Shown here one piece after another: positions 13,805 to 28,100 of a stretch of DNA of 64,000 nt. A model generated the notes under the pieces. The model saw only the letters and a list, made by a program, of their open reading frames with translations. It did no database searches and was not told the origin of the DNA. The stretch's first letter is position 1; each line of letters begins with the position of its first letter. The DNA is from Paraphysomonas bandaiensis (taxonomy: Eukaryota; Protista; Chrysophyceae). The stretch spans positions 372,001 to 436,000 of the forward strand of contig CBFFRP010000146.1 in assembly GCA_965644295.1 (NCBI GenBank), given 5' to 3'. The translations under genes and the position numbers were made by a program.

Positions 13805-14290
13805 GTCTACACAACAAGAAGAGACGATAAGTATATATTTTAGTTTTTCTTGAAGGGCAGAAAATGAGAGTTTACTTGGTGATATGTAGACATATACTAC
13901 ACTACACAGCAGTTGTATGTGATCACTAACCCTAATGTATTACGAAATATAACTACGCATTATTTGGTACAATTCTAATTATAGTTTCACGGTCATAGTA
14001 AATTTTAATACGCCATTTTTTGTCTTGTAATCGCATTTCGTATATTTTCTGAGTTGTTTACTGAATTTTTCACAACAGAATTTGACATTAAATACCAGAA
14101 ATAAGTACCTGACCTGAAATGCAACGTACTCTTAACAAGTCAAAATGGTAGTAAACATTTCTCATTACAGTATTGACGTTGTCATAACTGCTTACGATCT
14201 TATGTAGACGCGATCTTATGCAGTCAAATACATTTCAGTTATCTATCCATCAGTAATATATAATACTACTTTCCACTAATGTATTCTAAG

Positions 14291-14654
14291 CAGGCTTGCG
14301 TAACAATTAATTGGCAATTAATTGGTGACAGATGTCCAATAATAATAATTGCAATTATTAATCAAGCATCCAATTATTGGCAATGCAATTAATTGGCAAT
14401 TATTGGCAATGCAATTAATTGGCAATTATTGCCAATTAATTGCCTTCAATTCTATTGCTAGATTTTAGAATAACCTTCTGAACTATAATCTCATCCCAAA
14501 GATGCCGATTTGCACGCAGAAACATCAACATTTCAAGATGCTATATATAATTTAGCCAGCCAATTAATTGCAATTAATTGGCAACAATTTCCAATAATAA
14601 TAATAATTGGAATTATCATCATTAAAACCTATTAATTGTTACGCAAGGAGCCTG
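14291..14654. mobile_element. hAT-type MITE, 364 bp
   Basis: Left TIR CAGGCTTGCGTAACAATTAAT; right end ATTAATTGTTACGCAAG(GA)GCCTG. Perfect 8-bp TSD ATTCTAAG at 14283-14290 and 14655-14662. Many internal CAATTAATTGGCAAT subterminal motifs. Confidence 0.9.
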
Positions 14655-14779
14655 ATTCTAAGTACCTTAAAATAAAGTTTTTAATTGACTGAAATAAGCG
14701 AAATACAAAAGCTAACTTCGATTAAGTTCAATTTTTAATCTATCAAAGTTGTAATAGTTCAAATAACATGAAACGATTC

Positions 14780-15365
14780 ATAAATCTAAAGTTTCACAAA
14801 AAGCATGATACCTAGGTTTATCAGTGATTACTATCTTCCTGGGATGAATACTTGTCAGAATGGCATCTTTTCGTGGTGCTCTGAGGGGTACGTACCGAAT
14901 AGAATTTGAGAAACATAGCTCGAGCTGAAACCATAGACAGCTGATAACGTTCTGCCCACTCGAAGCCAAATGCTCGTGGGGTACAAGGGACACTAATATT
15001 AGTGTCAGTTGTGTGGATGTCTTTGGGTCCATCTCAAGGGCACCGGGTATTCGGCTGCCTGCTGATGTCAAGTATCTAGGCTGTTCATCTTAAGGACTCA
15101 AAAATCTGAAGTTGCAGATGTCAGGTATATCAACATTCTGCTTGCTTACTGCGTTTGCTTTGAGTGATAGAGCGACATTATATTGAAAGTCTAAAGTGAT
15201 AGAGCGAAAGTGGTTACACTTTGGTGCTTAAGGTGGCCCACAAGAAGCTTTCGTAGGGTTAAATATAGTAGGATATCAGAGTTCAGCACTAGTGAGGTAA
15301 ATTGTTTTGCTACATTATTCCTTCTGACTCTAAAACGCCTATTGCTAATGATCAGACTTTCACTA
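14780..15365 (+). repeat. Copy of the dispersed repeat family
   Basis: Collinear with 319-650 and with the reverse complement of 48675-49310: CCGGGTATTCGGCTGCCTGCTGATGTCAAG, CTTAAGGACTCAAAA, GCAGATGTCAGGTATAT, ending AAACGCCTATTGCTAATGATCAGACTTTCAC. Confidence 0.8.
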
Positions 15366-16154
15366 CTCGTAATCGCGTTATCTTCCGTTATGATGTGTCG
15401 CCTTTCGTCTTTTTGTCTGATTGTTGTCAGAGTGTGTAGCAGTAATGAATATTAGCTGGCTTGGTCATTGACACAAAGTATAAAAATATTGCAGGAAAGC
15501 GGAGCCCCTTATGGTACTTTCGAATAATAAAAATATATACACGAAAAATAAGTAGGAAGGTTTGATTAAATAAGAATGATACATAATAATTAGAGAATAA
15601 GAATTGTAGTCTGAGTAAATATGTGCACTCTAAAGATAAATGATAAAATGAAAAGCCATGCAACGACGGAAGGACCTCGTCTTATACATAAAAAATCGGA
15701 CCCGTGTAAAATATTTAACGTAACTAGTTTGTGATGAATATTGATTTTTTCAATATGTACTCCTTGCGACGTTGGATAACATCGAGCTGTATTCTATGTA
15801 TGTTGCTAGTAATTAAGCTTTCAAGAGTACTTCTAGAGCTTCATAAACTTGGTAGCTATCATGAGGCACCGTGTACATTTGTGGAGTGGACAGAAAACTA
15901 TGAAAATCTAACATCCATTTATCCGTGAGTACATAAAGCACTGTACACCCCAAATTGGGTCTCCACCAATGTGTGAAGACATGCAAGAGATAGATGTCAC
16001 AAACCACATTGTAATGAAAAAATACTTAAGAAACACTTCGTACTTTGCAGAGAGAAATATCATTCATAAAACATGTTAACCACTACACGTATACATAAAA
16101 ATAAAAGAATACTTCGATAATATTTCATGAGCTGTTTTATTCAGATTTCCAAGT

Positions 16155-19100
16155 TTACTTCGTCCAGTCAATGCTTGGAATATTACCTTCAACTTCAACT
16201 TCGACATTGGATATGTCATCATCATTTAGTTGCGTTACATCAAGCTGAAGTGCCTGTGAGACGTCGTCTTGTTCTGAAGTCGCAAAGAGGCCTTCCCATC
16301 CAGTTAATTCTTCGTTAGTAACGAGTTTGCCTCCTAAATCAGAGTCAACAACTTCACAGTCCACGCCTGGAGGACGCACTTCTGTCGGATCAGATGTCCG
16401 CTTTCTTCTCTGTCCTCGCCTCCTCTGTGGGGCGTCAATATAACTCCGGGAAGGCAACGCACTTTCGTCACGTGTTCTCCCCATTCTGACTGAGGTCGAA
16501 TCCAAATCATCCATTCCGAGAGGCATTGACAAATCGTTACTGCTTTGGCGAATCATGTCATGGATAGCATTTTCTTCCTCATTGGCAACTTGGCGAGCTT
16601 TTTTTCTTGATGCGCGATTTCGTTTTCGTGCGTTTTGATCATCAAAATACTTCTTCGATACCCGGGATACACCTTTCACACTTGACTTAATAGGTTCCAG
16701 ACGCATTCGTTGTGGGACCAAATCAGTATCTAGAACATTTACGCTTAATGCTGCAACATCAACGTTGGAGTAGGCCTTTTTTAAACCAGTTCCAGGCCGA
16801 TCTATAACTTTTTCAACGGACTCATCATCGGAAAAATCCGATTGCATGATATGGGGTACATCTTCACTGCATGCAACAGTGGAGTGAGATTTTTTAACAG
16901 ATCCTCGTCTGCATCTCTCGGTGGAAAAGTCAGAAAAAGGGGACGGGGATATTGCTTTTGGTTCTTCAATTTGAGTGTTGTCGGAAAGAGACAATGAGCC
17001 ACCCTTCGACAGAATTCGTTTGGAAGAACTCAGTGGTAGTGACGATTTTCGATCTGGCAAGTTAGCACTATCACTCTCTTTTCCATCGCCTCCAGGAGCA
17101 GGTACTTGTTGTTGATGGCGGGGAGGGTACTGTAACTCTGTCGTATCCTGAGGCACTAGACTCTGCTGCTCATTGGTACCTGCTGACGGCTTTGACATAA
17201 ACGCATCACTCGATACATCGTTTTCACTCTGTGGAAGAACGGCGCCAATTTTCACACTGCCAGTGGGACGCGGCTCTTCGATTTCACTGACACGGTATTT
17301 GTCAGTCAACCTTTCCTTGCGGTCAAAGTACATTTTACAACTTACAGTGAGAATCAGAACAATAACAATCACAACAGGAAGAGAAATGGATACAAAGCTG
17401 AGATTGTACAAACCAATAAAAATAACGCTGACAAGAGCGACGAGGCTGCCCTGAATTAATGTATTATAGCAAACAGATGGCAGTGACACAAGCAACGAAA
17501 AGATAGATATTATAGCACATGATAGAGGGCTGGTGTACGATGGCCGCGAAGAGAAAGTAACAGGTATATCCCAATCATTCAACTGCAATAAAAGACGGGA
17601 CAGTGGATAGTCGGGCCGCATCCGACAGACCCGGCACGCAGGATTAACTGACTGTAGTCGGCACTGTATCAAGCTGTTCCCTATGTATGGGCGCCGCAAA
17701 ATCAATTGGCCCCGATCTCTCAGGCGATGATGTAAACGAACAATATCTTCTCTTACAGCGGAAGCAAGGGCGACATAGAATACATATAACGCCAAAATAT
17801 CAACCAAAAAGAATTTCTCGCATATCGCTACTATTGATGCAGCAAGCCAAAGTTTCGCTGCGTCAGGATCAATATCAGGACCATGGCTATACACATACCA
17901 ACTAGTGAAAATGATATACACTACCACAGTCAAACAGCACACGATGTAGGTAGGACGATTGTGGTTCTTGTGGGAAGCAAACATTCTAGATGACGTCAAA
18001 AATAGTTTGCTGAGGTTTCTCTTCCACGGTATAGAGGAATACACCAGAAAGTGCTGAAACAGTATCAGCTGTTGATAATCAATATTAGCGGCTTTCGACA
18101 CATCAGATAGAATTTGTTTCGACAGAAGCCGAGATTTTTCAATATGTCGATGAGCGTGAAGGATGAAGTCCGCAGTTCCTCCTGGAGGCATATTCCGCGG
18201 TGCAAATAATGATGATACGTAGCCACGGGTTTCCAGTGGCTTCGTCCTGGCAATTTCGAGAGCCAACAATTCGTCTTCCACAGGAACATTATCCAATCGG
18301 TTAATCATCATATCTAGCCTACCACCAACACATATCTTTGATTTATTCGTTTGCCAGGAATCTAACGTCTGATTAGCCGCAAAGCTTTTTGCCCATGAAC
18401 TGTCGGTATATACCATTTTATCTTCAGTAAAATCACTAGCATTTTCATTGGTAACATAAATTCGGGCCTGCTCTCGTGTATCATAGCTCTGAAAGTGAAC
18501 TCTAGAATCAAATATTGACTCCAATATTATATTCACGACAACAATAAATGGAGTAGAAACGCTTAGAATAATAAGTACGAACACAATCACGGCAGTGAAA
18601 GTTACTTCTGGTGGTAAATAGCTGCAAGAATTAGATTCCGATTCCCAAGTACAAGCATGTGGACCGTCCCCAAATGACAAAAAGCTCCGTCGTAACTCAA
18701 GACAATCAACTTCTACGTTTCGATCTTGACAAGTACCATCGTCATCACAAAAGTGCTTTGAAAAGAGTACACTGATGAAGACAATCGTTAGCATGTGCAT
18801 AGCCGCTTTGCTAAGTTTCATGTACGTGTCAATGCCGGAAAATAACCCTACAATAGGGTGCAACTCGACAATCTTGCGGTAAAACCTCATGGGCCACGAC
18901 TCTTCCGACAGCTCGATAGGAAGAGCAGCAGCAAAAAACCTTTCTGCACTTAGTGGATGAGCTACCACGTCACGGGAACTATATTTTCCCATCAAGAGTG
19001 ATAGTAAGCCTACAATAGTTGAACACAATACAGCACTAAAGACAGCTATTACGATATCATTGTGCGTCGCAGTATCAGAAAAGTCAAAAGATTTCGTAGA

Positions 19101-22100
19101 CGAAATATATTCGATTTCGAATGGAGTAGAGAATTCTCCGACCCGTGTCCCCAGCATTAGCACATATGTGGATGGCTGAGACTGAAGTCGCCTCCTCTGT
19201 CGAACTCTGGCACCTCCGATTCCATCCGTTTTGCAAGAGCATGTCACAGATGTGGAAGAATACGATACAACAGTGCAGGCCGGGTCAAGTTCGTACGTCA
19301 TCCCATCAAATGTCACGCATTGAGGCTCGGTAAAGTGCGACGGACAGAAGTAAGATACATTAGATATTTCTGTTCCAGGGCATTCAACGTAATACTCTGA
19401 CGAATCAGAACAAAACACCGCTGTCTTGTACGGAGCTCCGCTATCAGTCAATGAACAAAATACGGTGCCAGCAGTTACATTGGCACCCACGTATGAAACT
19501 TCCTTGTACGTTGGAAGCGTGACCACAATAGTTTGTGATCCACTACTCAGTCGACGTCGGTCAGAGTTATATGCTGTTGTCTCAATTTGAACAGGTTGAG
19601 CTGTTGTTGCATTGGATGTGTTACCACTGAATCCAGAAGAACTGGTAATGATCGATGATCCGTAGCTTCCTGTGCTGACATAGCTATCCGAGTGAAAACT
19701 CGCAGATGATGTATTGGCAGTTCCGATAGCGTTTTCATAATCAGTACTCGGCGTTGTGAGTGTAGAATTATTAATATCATCTCCATAATTCTTGGAAGTG
19801 ATCAGTCGGATATTAGATGTAACAGAAGTCGATGCCTCACTGCCTGTTGCAAGAGAGTCTTGACGGCTAAATACAATGATCGATATCGCATCCGAAACGT
19901 CATTTCGAAGAGCAACAGGTAACGAATCACCCAAAGCTAATATGTTCGACAATGCCTCTAACACAGCTGCACTTACAGAAAATGATGCCAGGAGATCATC
20001 GAACTCAAATACAGTCGTTGTCAAAACTGCCGTGCAATTGTACAACGCAACGGTGGATATTAGCGCAGGATCAGTAACAAGGTCAGCGACGACACGAGCT
20101 CGATTAAATACCACATCACTGGAGGTATCCTGAACAGACATACTCTCGAACATGCCAATACACATGGTTTCGCGCAGCGAAAGAGAGGCTGCATATTCGT
20201 CACTGTTTAACCTGCAATCTTTTCCGTAGTAGTTATCTTTGCAACTGCACTCCGCGATACAGTTTAAATCTCCAGTTGTACAACGCTCGGTTGGCCACTC
20301 TGTGCCGTCCAAATTCCAGTACTTGCATTCTCCGTTGTATGAACAGTTCGCAGAGCATTCTTTTACTTTATACATACATGACCCATTGATGCACGCTCCT
20401 GTAAGACACATCGAGTCAGCAGTACAACTTTCTTCAATCCCTTTTATTTCGGTCAGTAAATAGCACGGGTCATTCGAATCACCAGGGGTGCCAATATATC
20501 CACCAGATTCACATGCTCCACAAGAGTGTGCAGATAATTTGCAAGGTAAGCGATTCAATGTGGCACAATCAGGGGCAAGAGTACAGTTCGCCGTGTTTAA
20601 GGCTTCGGCGGCAGAATTGGCAATCGTCAGAACGGCATCTGCATCATACGAGAGCAGAGCAGTCGACAGTAAGTTACTTGCAGTAGAAGATAGATCTGAC
20701 GCCGGCAACGGATTGACAATGACTGTAGTATTCGAAGAACCTTCGCTATTGTATATATCAGTTACAATTGCCCTACAAGTCACTTTGAATGACAATGCTT
20801 CCACACCCTGAGCAATTAATGTGCTCACGTAAGGAACATCAGTTGATGACTTCAAGATATTTTCTTTATTGGGGTTTTCATTGAATGCAGAGATTACATA
20901 CTTCAATGGATAATCTTCAGGGTCGTCATCCCAGTCAATAGAATTCAAAAAGTAGGTCGTGTTCAGAGCATAACCTGAAACTGGACTTGCAAACAGATAT
21001 CCCCCTGATGGCGGTTCATTTATATATATAGACACCTGGGACAATGATGTGAAACGCGTGCTATTCAAAGAGGAAGTCACAGCATATTGGAATGAATATA
21101 CTTTCCCCGGAATCAGGCTGTTGGCTTTGATACTTAGCGGGAATGTCAATGGCAAACCAGCAGAGACAGTTCTAATCAGCGTGGAACTAGCATACATTGG
21201 TAAGTCAACATCACTACTATTCCACATGACATATAACGAATTATCAGAATCAATAGTTCCACTGATTATAATAGTTGATGATGCACTGTACTTATCGTCA
21301 AGTTTCGCAAACGAAATTGTCGGAACCGGGGTTGGAGTGACCTTTACAATAGTACTCGTCGTGTCGAATAAGCCGTCATACGCAGTAACGCGTAGAGTAA
21401 AGCGAAAACTCTTCGCAACAGCTGAGAATTCGTCTTGCATCAGGGCACTGGCATCAAATTGCTGAGTTGAACTGTTTGTAAGCACAACACCGCACAAATC
21501 CCCATAGCCTGGCGAAATTTCAATACACGACCAAACGAACGTGGTCTCTGGTGAGTTGGGGAAGTCTAAGTCTCCACTTAAAGAACCATCTAGAGTGACA
21601 AAATCCGTACTCGAAACGGTTATATAGTCGCCCCCACGGACAACAGCCTGCGCATAAGATCGCACAACTTGAACATTCACTTTGTATGTGGTTGCAAAAA
21701 TGTCAGCAGTTCCGGCGGTTTTTACTTTCACAACAATTGTGTAAGACGTGTCAATATCCAATGCATATGAATTCAACTTGAATGCCCTCGGATCATTGGA
21801 AATAGATGTTAACGAAGAATCGTAAAAAACACCTTTATAAGCTGACCATGTGTATATTAGTTGAGTGAAATTACTTCTTGTCCCATTAGAGGAACAAGAT
21901 ATAAATCCAGCATCCGTAAATAAATCCAATTTCTGCCATCGATACATTGTTTTAACCCCTGGGCCGAATATGCTCGTTTCGGGTATTTCCTCATCCACTA
22001 TAGATATTGTTGAACTGACTGCTGATTGCCGGCCTAAGAAATTCCTTAATTTAAGAACAAAAGTCAAATCGCCTTCTTGAAGATATTGGCGTGGTATTAC

Positions 22101-25100
22101 AAACGTATGAGATGTGCTATCCGTATACGAAGCAGTAAGTTGTTGACGTATCGCAGAAATGTTTCCGCCGTCACCATGAATTTCCCACTCAACACTATCC
22201 CACGGTCGTGCGGAGCCACCTTTGTATGTCGATTGTGTAGGATCTATAACCAAATCTATACAGGGAGATATTTTTTGCGCCGAGGTTGATAAAGAAGCGA
22301 TCGGATAAATAGGTGACAGTGGCTTCTTTATCAATGTTGTATACCTATCGTTATACTCAAAATAACGGCAAACCCTATTTTCAGGACAAGAGGCACGAAT
22401 CATATCTTTTTCAACAACTAAAGTGTTACCCGGGTATACATACACGTTGGAGTTATAACGGAGAGTGACGACAAGAACAGCATTGGATGTCCATGCACAC
22501 TGTGAATTGCTAATTCCAGGAAACGATAAGAGTAATGAGCACAAAAATACGGAGTTATAATTCGAAATTTTAGTTTTACCAAAATCGGTCGCGGAATCAA
22601 ACGTAACATAAATCTTCCTGCCATCATTTGAAAACTGTGCACTGGAAACTTGAGGGGGTGGTAAATCTGAATCAGCAGGAAGAATTTCAAGCTTGGACGA
22701 TACACTCAAGTACGAACTGGACACAACATCAGAGTAATTCGTATAAACTAAAACAGTGTAGCAGCCACGATTTCCTCGCACAACAAAGACACCGTTAGTA
22801 GTGAGTGAAGAGCCAGTGAAAACGAAGAAATTAGGGACCGCGGTCGCTGTACCGGTTGAAATATTTTCATTATAAGCACAAGTAGATGGAGCTAACTCAA
22901 TTTCAATTTCAATGTACCCGTCAGGTTGAGCATTTAGATTGAAAGAGAACTCTTTCTCAGTAGTACCAGAAGTAAACTCCAGAATCGAAGACAAATTAGA
23001 TTGAAAATATATTTCACGACAGCATTCAGTCTTGAAGTGAACCATTGTTCCAGTGGCAACCTCAATAGACATGCGGTTTCCGGAAAAATCTTCCGTATAG
23101 CAATACAACACATAATGAGTATCTGGAGCTAAGTTTTCAACAACCAACTCAGCCCATGATGTACCATTGCTATCAGCAGTCAATATGGATGAAGTTCCAT
23201 CTGATTTAATTCTAGATATGGATGTGATTGAAACGGTCTCATACCGGTAGGGTGCGCACACGAGAGTACCTTCCGCTGATGCATTTGCAATTACTATCGC
23301 CTCACTCTTCATAGAAGTAACTGAAATGTCATGTATCAATGGATATAAAATTTTCTCACGAAACTTGGCTTTAACAACTGAAAAAAACACCTCATACGAG
23401 TTACCGTACCTACATGGACTTATCACAAAATTCGGATAATCAGAGCATCCATTGAATTCAGTGCTTTTACAATCGATACAGAGAACATCTCGGGAGTCAC
23501 AATTCGAAATATATGTCCACGTGTGCCCCTCGCATGACAGATTAAAGTCGTTACCATTAGCGAGGTTAGTGATTATCATATCTACAACCTCGATGTTGCT
23601 GCATACAACAGAATTGTTCGACACAGACTGAGACAAAGACGACTTGTATGCATACGACGCCTGTAGCATGTAAATTTCAAAACCACTTGTTGGAACAATG
23701 AGAGAGTTTTCCATGTAGGAATTCCAGTGTTCGCATTCTCCTTTAGGGCTTACTAATCCTTTGTAGTAAAACGACGAAAACATCAGAGTTGAATCGTTCG
23801 ACACATTATGCAACTCAAACATACGGTACAACTCATCTTCAGTATAGGCACTGTAGTCAATAGTGGGAGACATTGATGGTACGCTGGTTGGAGAAAGGGT
23901 TGGAGACGACGTTGGGCGCATTGTAGGGGGACTAGTTTCACCACTTCGAGTTGGGGATCTAGTCGGTAAAAACGTTGGCTGAACAGACGGGGCACTACTG
24001 GGGACAAGAGTTGGAAAACTAGAAGGTGGCAACGTTGGAGACAATGTAGGACATTGGGTTGGACTCTCTGTGGGGTGCGCTGTAGGAATTATAGTAGGGT
24101 GATCCGTTGGATATGTCGTGGGACTAGTCGTAGGATGTAATGTAGGACTCTGAGTTGGACTCTCTGTTGGGTGTGAGGTAGGAACCATAGTAGGAAAATC
24201 CGTAGGATACGCAGTCGGGTTAGCCGTCGGAGAAAATGTAGGATGTAATGTAGGACTCTGAGTTGGACTATCACTAGGATATGAAGTGGGAAGCATAGTT
24301 GGATAGTCAGTTGGATATTCAGATGAGTATGAAGTCGGAATAGCCGTCGGAGCCAAGGTAGGATGTAATGTCGGAAAGTTAGTAGGGTTCTCCGTAGGAT
24401 GGCATGTAGGGAACGTTGTCTCACCAGTTTGTGTAGGGTGTCTTGTTGGAAACAATGTTGGAGTAGATGATGGTAGCGAAGTAGGAAATAAAGTAGGTTC
24501 CACTGAGGGACTAACCGTAGGAACCAATGTAGGGTACTGTGTAGGATACTCTGATGGGTAAGAAGTAGGGAGCATAGTCGGGTGATCAGTAGGATACACC
24601 GTCGGAGTTGCCGTGGGATATATAGTTGGATACTGAGTTGGACTCTCCGTAGGATGGCATGTAGGGAACGTTGTCTCACCAGTTTGTGTAGGGTAACTTG
24701 TTGGAAACAATGTTGGAGTAGATGATGGTAGCGAAGTAGGAAACAAAGTAGGATCCACTGAGGGACTAACCGTAGGAACCAATGTAGGGTACTGTGTAGG
24801 GAACACTGTTGGGTGGACAGTGGGATGCATAGTCGGATGATCAGTAGGAAACACTGTCGGGCACGTAGTTGAAGGGAACGTTGGATACTGAGTTGGACTC
24901 TCCGTAGGATGGCATGTAGGGAACGTTGTCTCCCAGGCTTGTGTAGGGTGTCTTGTTGGAAACAATGTTGGAGTAGATGATGGTAGCGAAGTAGGAAATA
25001 AAGTAGGATCCACTGAGGGACTAGCAGTAGGAAACAATGTAGGGTGCTGTGTAGGGAACACTGTTGGGTGGACAGTGGGATGCATAGTCGGATGATCAGT

Positions 25101-28100
25101 AGGAAACACCGTCGGAGTTGCCGTGGGATATATAGTGGGATACTGAGTTGGACTCTCCGTAGGATGGCATGTAGGGAACGTTGTCTCACCAGTTTGTGTA
25201 GGGTAACTTGTTGGAAACAATGTTGGAGTAGATGATGGCAGCGAAGTAGGAAATAAAGTAGGATCCACTGAGGGACTAACAGTAGGAAACACCGTCGGGC
25301 TAGCCGTTGGAAACAATGTAGGGTACTGTGTAGGGAACACTGTTGGGTGGACAGTGGGATGCATAGTCGGATGATCAGTAGGATACTGAGTTGGACTCTC
25401 CGTAGGATGCACCGTTGGATACTTAGTAGGATTCTCTGTAGGGTATGAGGTGGGAAGCATAGTAGGGTGACCAGTCGGATAGGCTGTAGGATATGAGGTT
25501 GGATGCGACGTCGGATACTCAGTAAGGTTCTCTGTAGGATGGCATGTAGGGAGTGTTGTTGGATATTCAGTTGGGTGTAAAGTCGGAAACTGCGTTGGAC
25601 ACACTGTAGGATGAGATGTCGGAAGCATAGACGGCTGATTAGTCGGATACATCGTCGGATTGGCTGTAGGATACGGCGTCGGACTAGCCGTAGGAAACAA
25701 TGTAGGGTACTGTGTAGGATACTCTGATGGGTAAGAAGTCGGAAGCATAGTCGGATGATCAGTAGGATACTGAGTTGGACTCTCCGTAGGATGGCATGTA
25801 GGGAACGTTGTCTCACCAGTTTGTGTAGGGTAACTTGTTGGAAACAATGTTGGAGTAGATGATGGCAGCGAAGTAGGAAATAAAGTAGGATCCACTGAGG
25901 GACTAACAGTAGGAAACACCGTCGGGCTAGCCGTTGGAAACAATGTAGGGTACTGTGTAGGGAACACTGTTGGGTGGACAGTGGGATGCATAGTCGGATG
26001 ATCAGTAGGATACTGAGTTGGACTCTCCGTAGGATGCACCGTTGGATACCTAGTAGGATTCTCTGTAGGGTATGAGGTGGGAAGCATAGTAGGGTGACCA
26101 GTCGGATAGGCTGTAGGATATGAGGTTGGATGCGACGTCGGATACTCAGTAGGGTTCTCTGTAGGATGGCATGTAGGGAGTGTTGTTGGATATTCAGTTG
26201 GGTGTAAAGTCGGAAACTGCGTTGGACACACTGTAGGATGAGATGTCGGAAGCATAGACGGCTGATTAGTCGGATACATCGTCGGATTGGCTGTAGGATA
26301 CGGCGTCGGACTAGCCGTAGGAAACAATGTAGGGTACTGTGTAGGATACTCTGATGGGTAAGAAGTCGGAAGCATAGTCGGATGATCAGTAGGATACTGA
26401 GTTGGACTCTCCGTAGGATGGCATGTAGGGAACGTTGTCTCACCAGTTTGTGTAGGGTAACTTGTTGGAAACAATGTTGGAGTAGATGATGGTAGCGAAG
26501 TAGGAAATAAAGTAGGATCCACTGAGGGACTAACAGTAGGAAACACCGTCGGGCTAGCCGTTGGAAACAATGTAGGGTACTGTGTAGGGAACACTGTTGG
26601 GTGGACAGTGGGATGCATAGTCGGATGATCAGTAGGATACTGAGTTGGACTCTCCGTAGGATGCACCGTTGGATACCTAGTAGGATTCTCTGTAGGGTAT
26701 GAGGTGGGAAGCATAGTAGGGTGACCAGTCGGATAGGCTGTAGGATATGAGGTTGGATGCGACGTCGGATACTCAGTAGGGTTCTCTGTAGGATGGCATG
26801 TAGGGAGTGTTGTTGGATATTCAGTTGGGTGTAAAGTCGGAAACCGCGTTGGACACACTGTAGGATGAGATGTCGGAAGCATAGACGGCTGATTAGTCGG
26901 ATACATCGTCGGATTGGCTGTAGGATACGGCGTCGGACTAGCCGTAGGAAACAATGTAGGGTACTGTGTAGGATACTCTGATGGGTAAGAAGTCGGAAGC
27001 ATAGTCGGATGATCAGTAGGATACTGAGTTGGACTCTCCGTAGGATGGCATGTAGGGAACGTTGTCTCACCAGTTTGTGTAGGGTAACTTGTTGGAAACA
27101 ATGTTGGAGTAGATGATGGTAGCGAAGTAGGAAACAAAGTAGGATCCACTGAGGGACTAACAGTAGGAAACACAGTCGGGCTAGCCGTTGGAAACAATGT
27201 AGGGTACTGTGTAGGGAACACTGTTGGGTGGACAGTGGGATGCATAGTCGGATGATCAGTAGGATACTGAGTTGGACTCTCCGTAGGATGCACCGTTGGA
27301 TACCTAGTAGGATTCTCTGTAGGGTATGAGGTGGGAAGCATAGTAGGGTGACCAGTCGGATAGGCTGTAGGATATGAGGTTGGATGCGACGTCGGATACT
27401 CAGTAGGGTTCTCTGTAGGATGGCATGTAGGGAGTGTTGTTGGATATTCAGTTGGGTGTAAAGTCGGAAACTGCGTTGGACACACTGTAGGATGAGATGT
27501 CGGAAGCATAGACGGCTGATTAGTCGGATACATAGTCGGATTAGCTGTAGGATACGGCGTCGGACTAGCCGTAGGAAACAATGTAGGGTACTGTGTAGGG
27601 AACACAGTTGGGTGGACAGTGAGATGCATAGTCGGGTGATCAGTAGGATAAACCGTCGGAGTTACCGTGGGATATATAGATGGATACTGAGTTGGACTCT
27701 CCGTAGGATGGCATGTAGGATGCTCAGTTGGGTACTCTGTAGGGAATGAAGTAGGATGCATCGTCGGATACAGAGTAGGGTATTGTGTCGGGAATGGAAT
27801 TGGATTCAATGTAGGATGCTCAGTTGGGTACTCTGTAGGGCATGAAGTCGGATGCATCGTCGGATACTGAGTAGGGTATTGTGTCGGGAATGGAATTGGA
27901 TGCAATGTAGGATGCTCAGTTGGGTACTCTGTAGGGAATGAAGTCGGATGCATCGTCGGATACTGAGTAGGGTATGAAGTCGGGAATGGAATTGGATGCA
28001 ATGTAGGATGCTCAGTTGGGTACTCTGTAGGGAATGAAGTCGGATGCATCGTCGGATACTGAGTAGGGTATGAAGTCGGGAATGGAATTGGATGCAATGT

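Noticed and set aside
24089-27070. 993-aa alternative-frame ORF (RRVQLSILL...) and similar ORFs at 29822, 36052 and 38456
   Set aside because: Shifted-frame by-products of stop-free coding tandem repeats.
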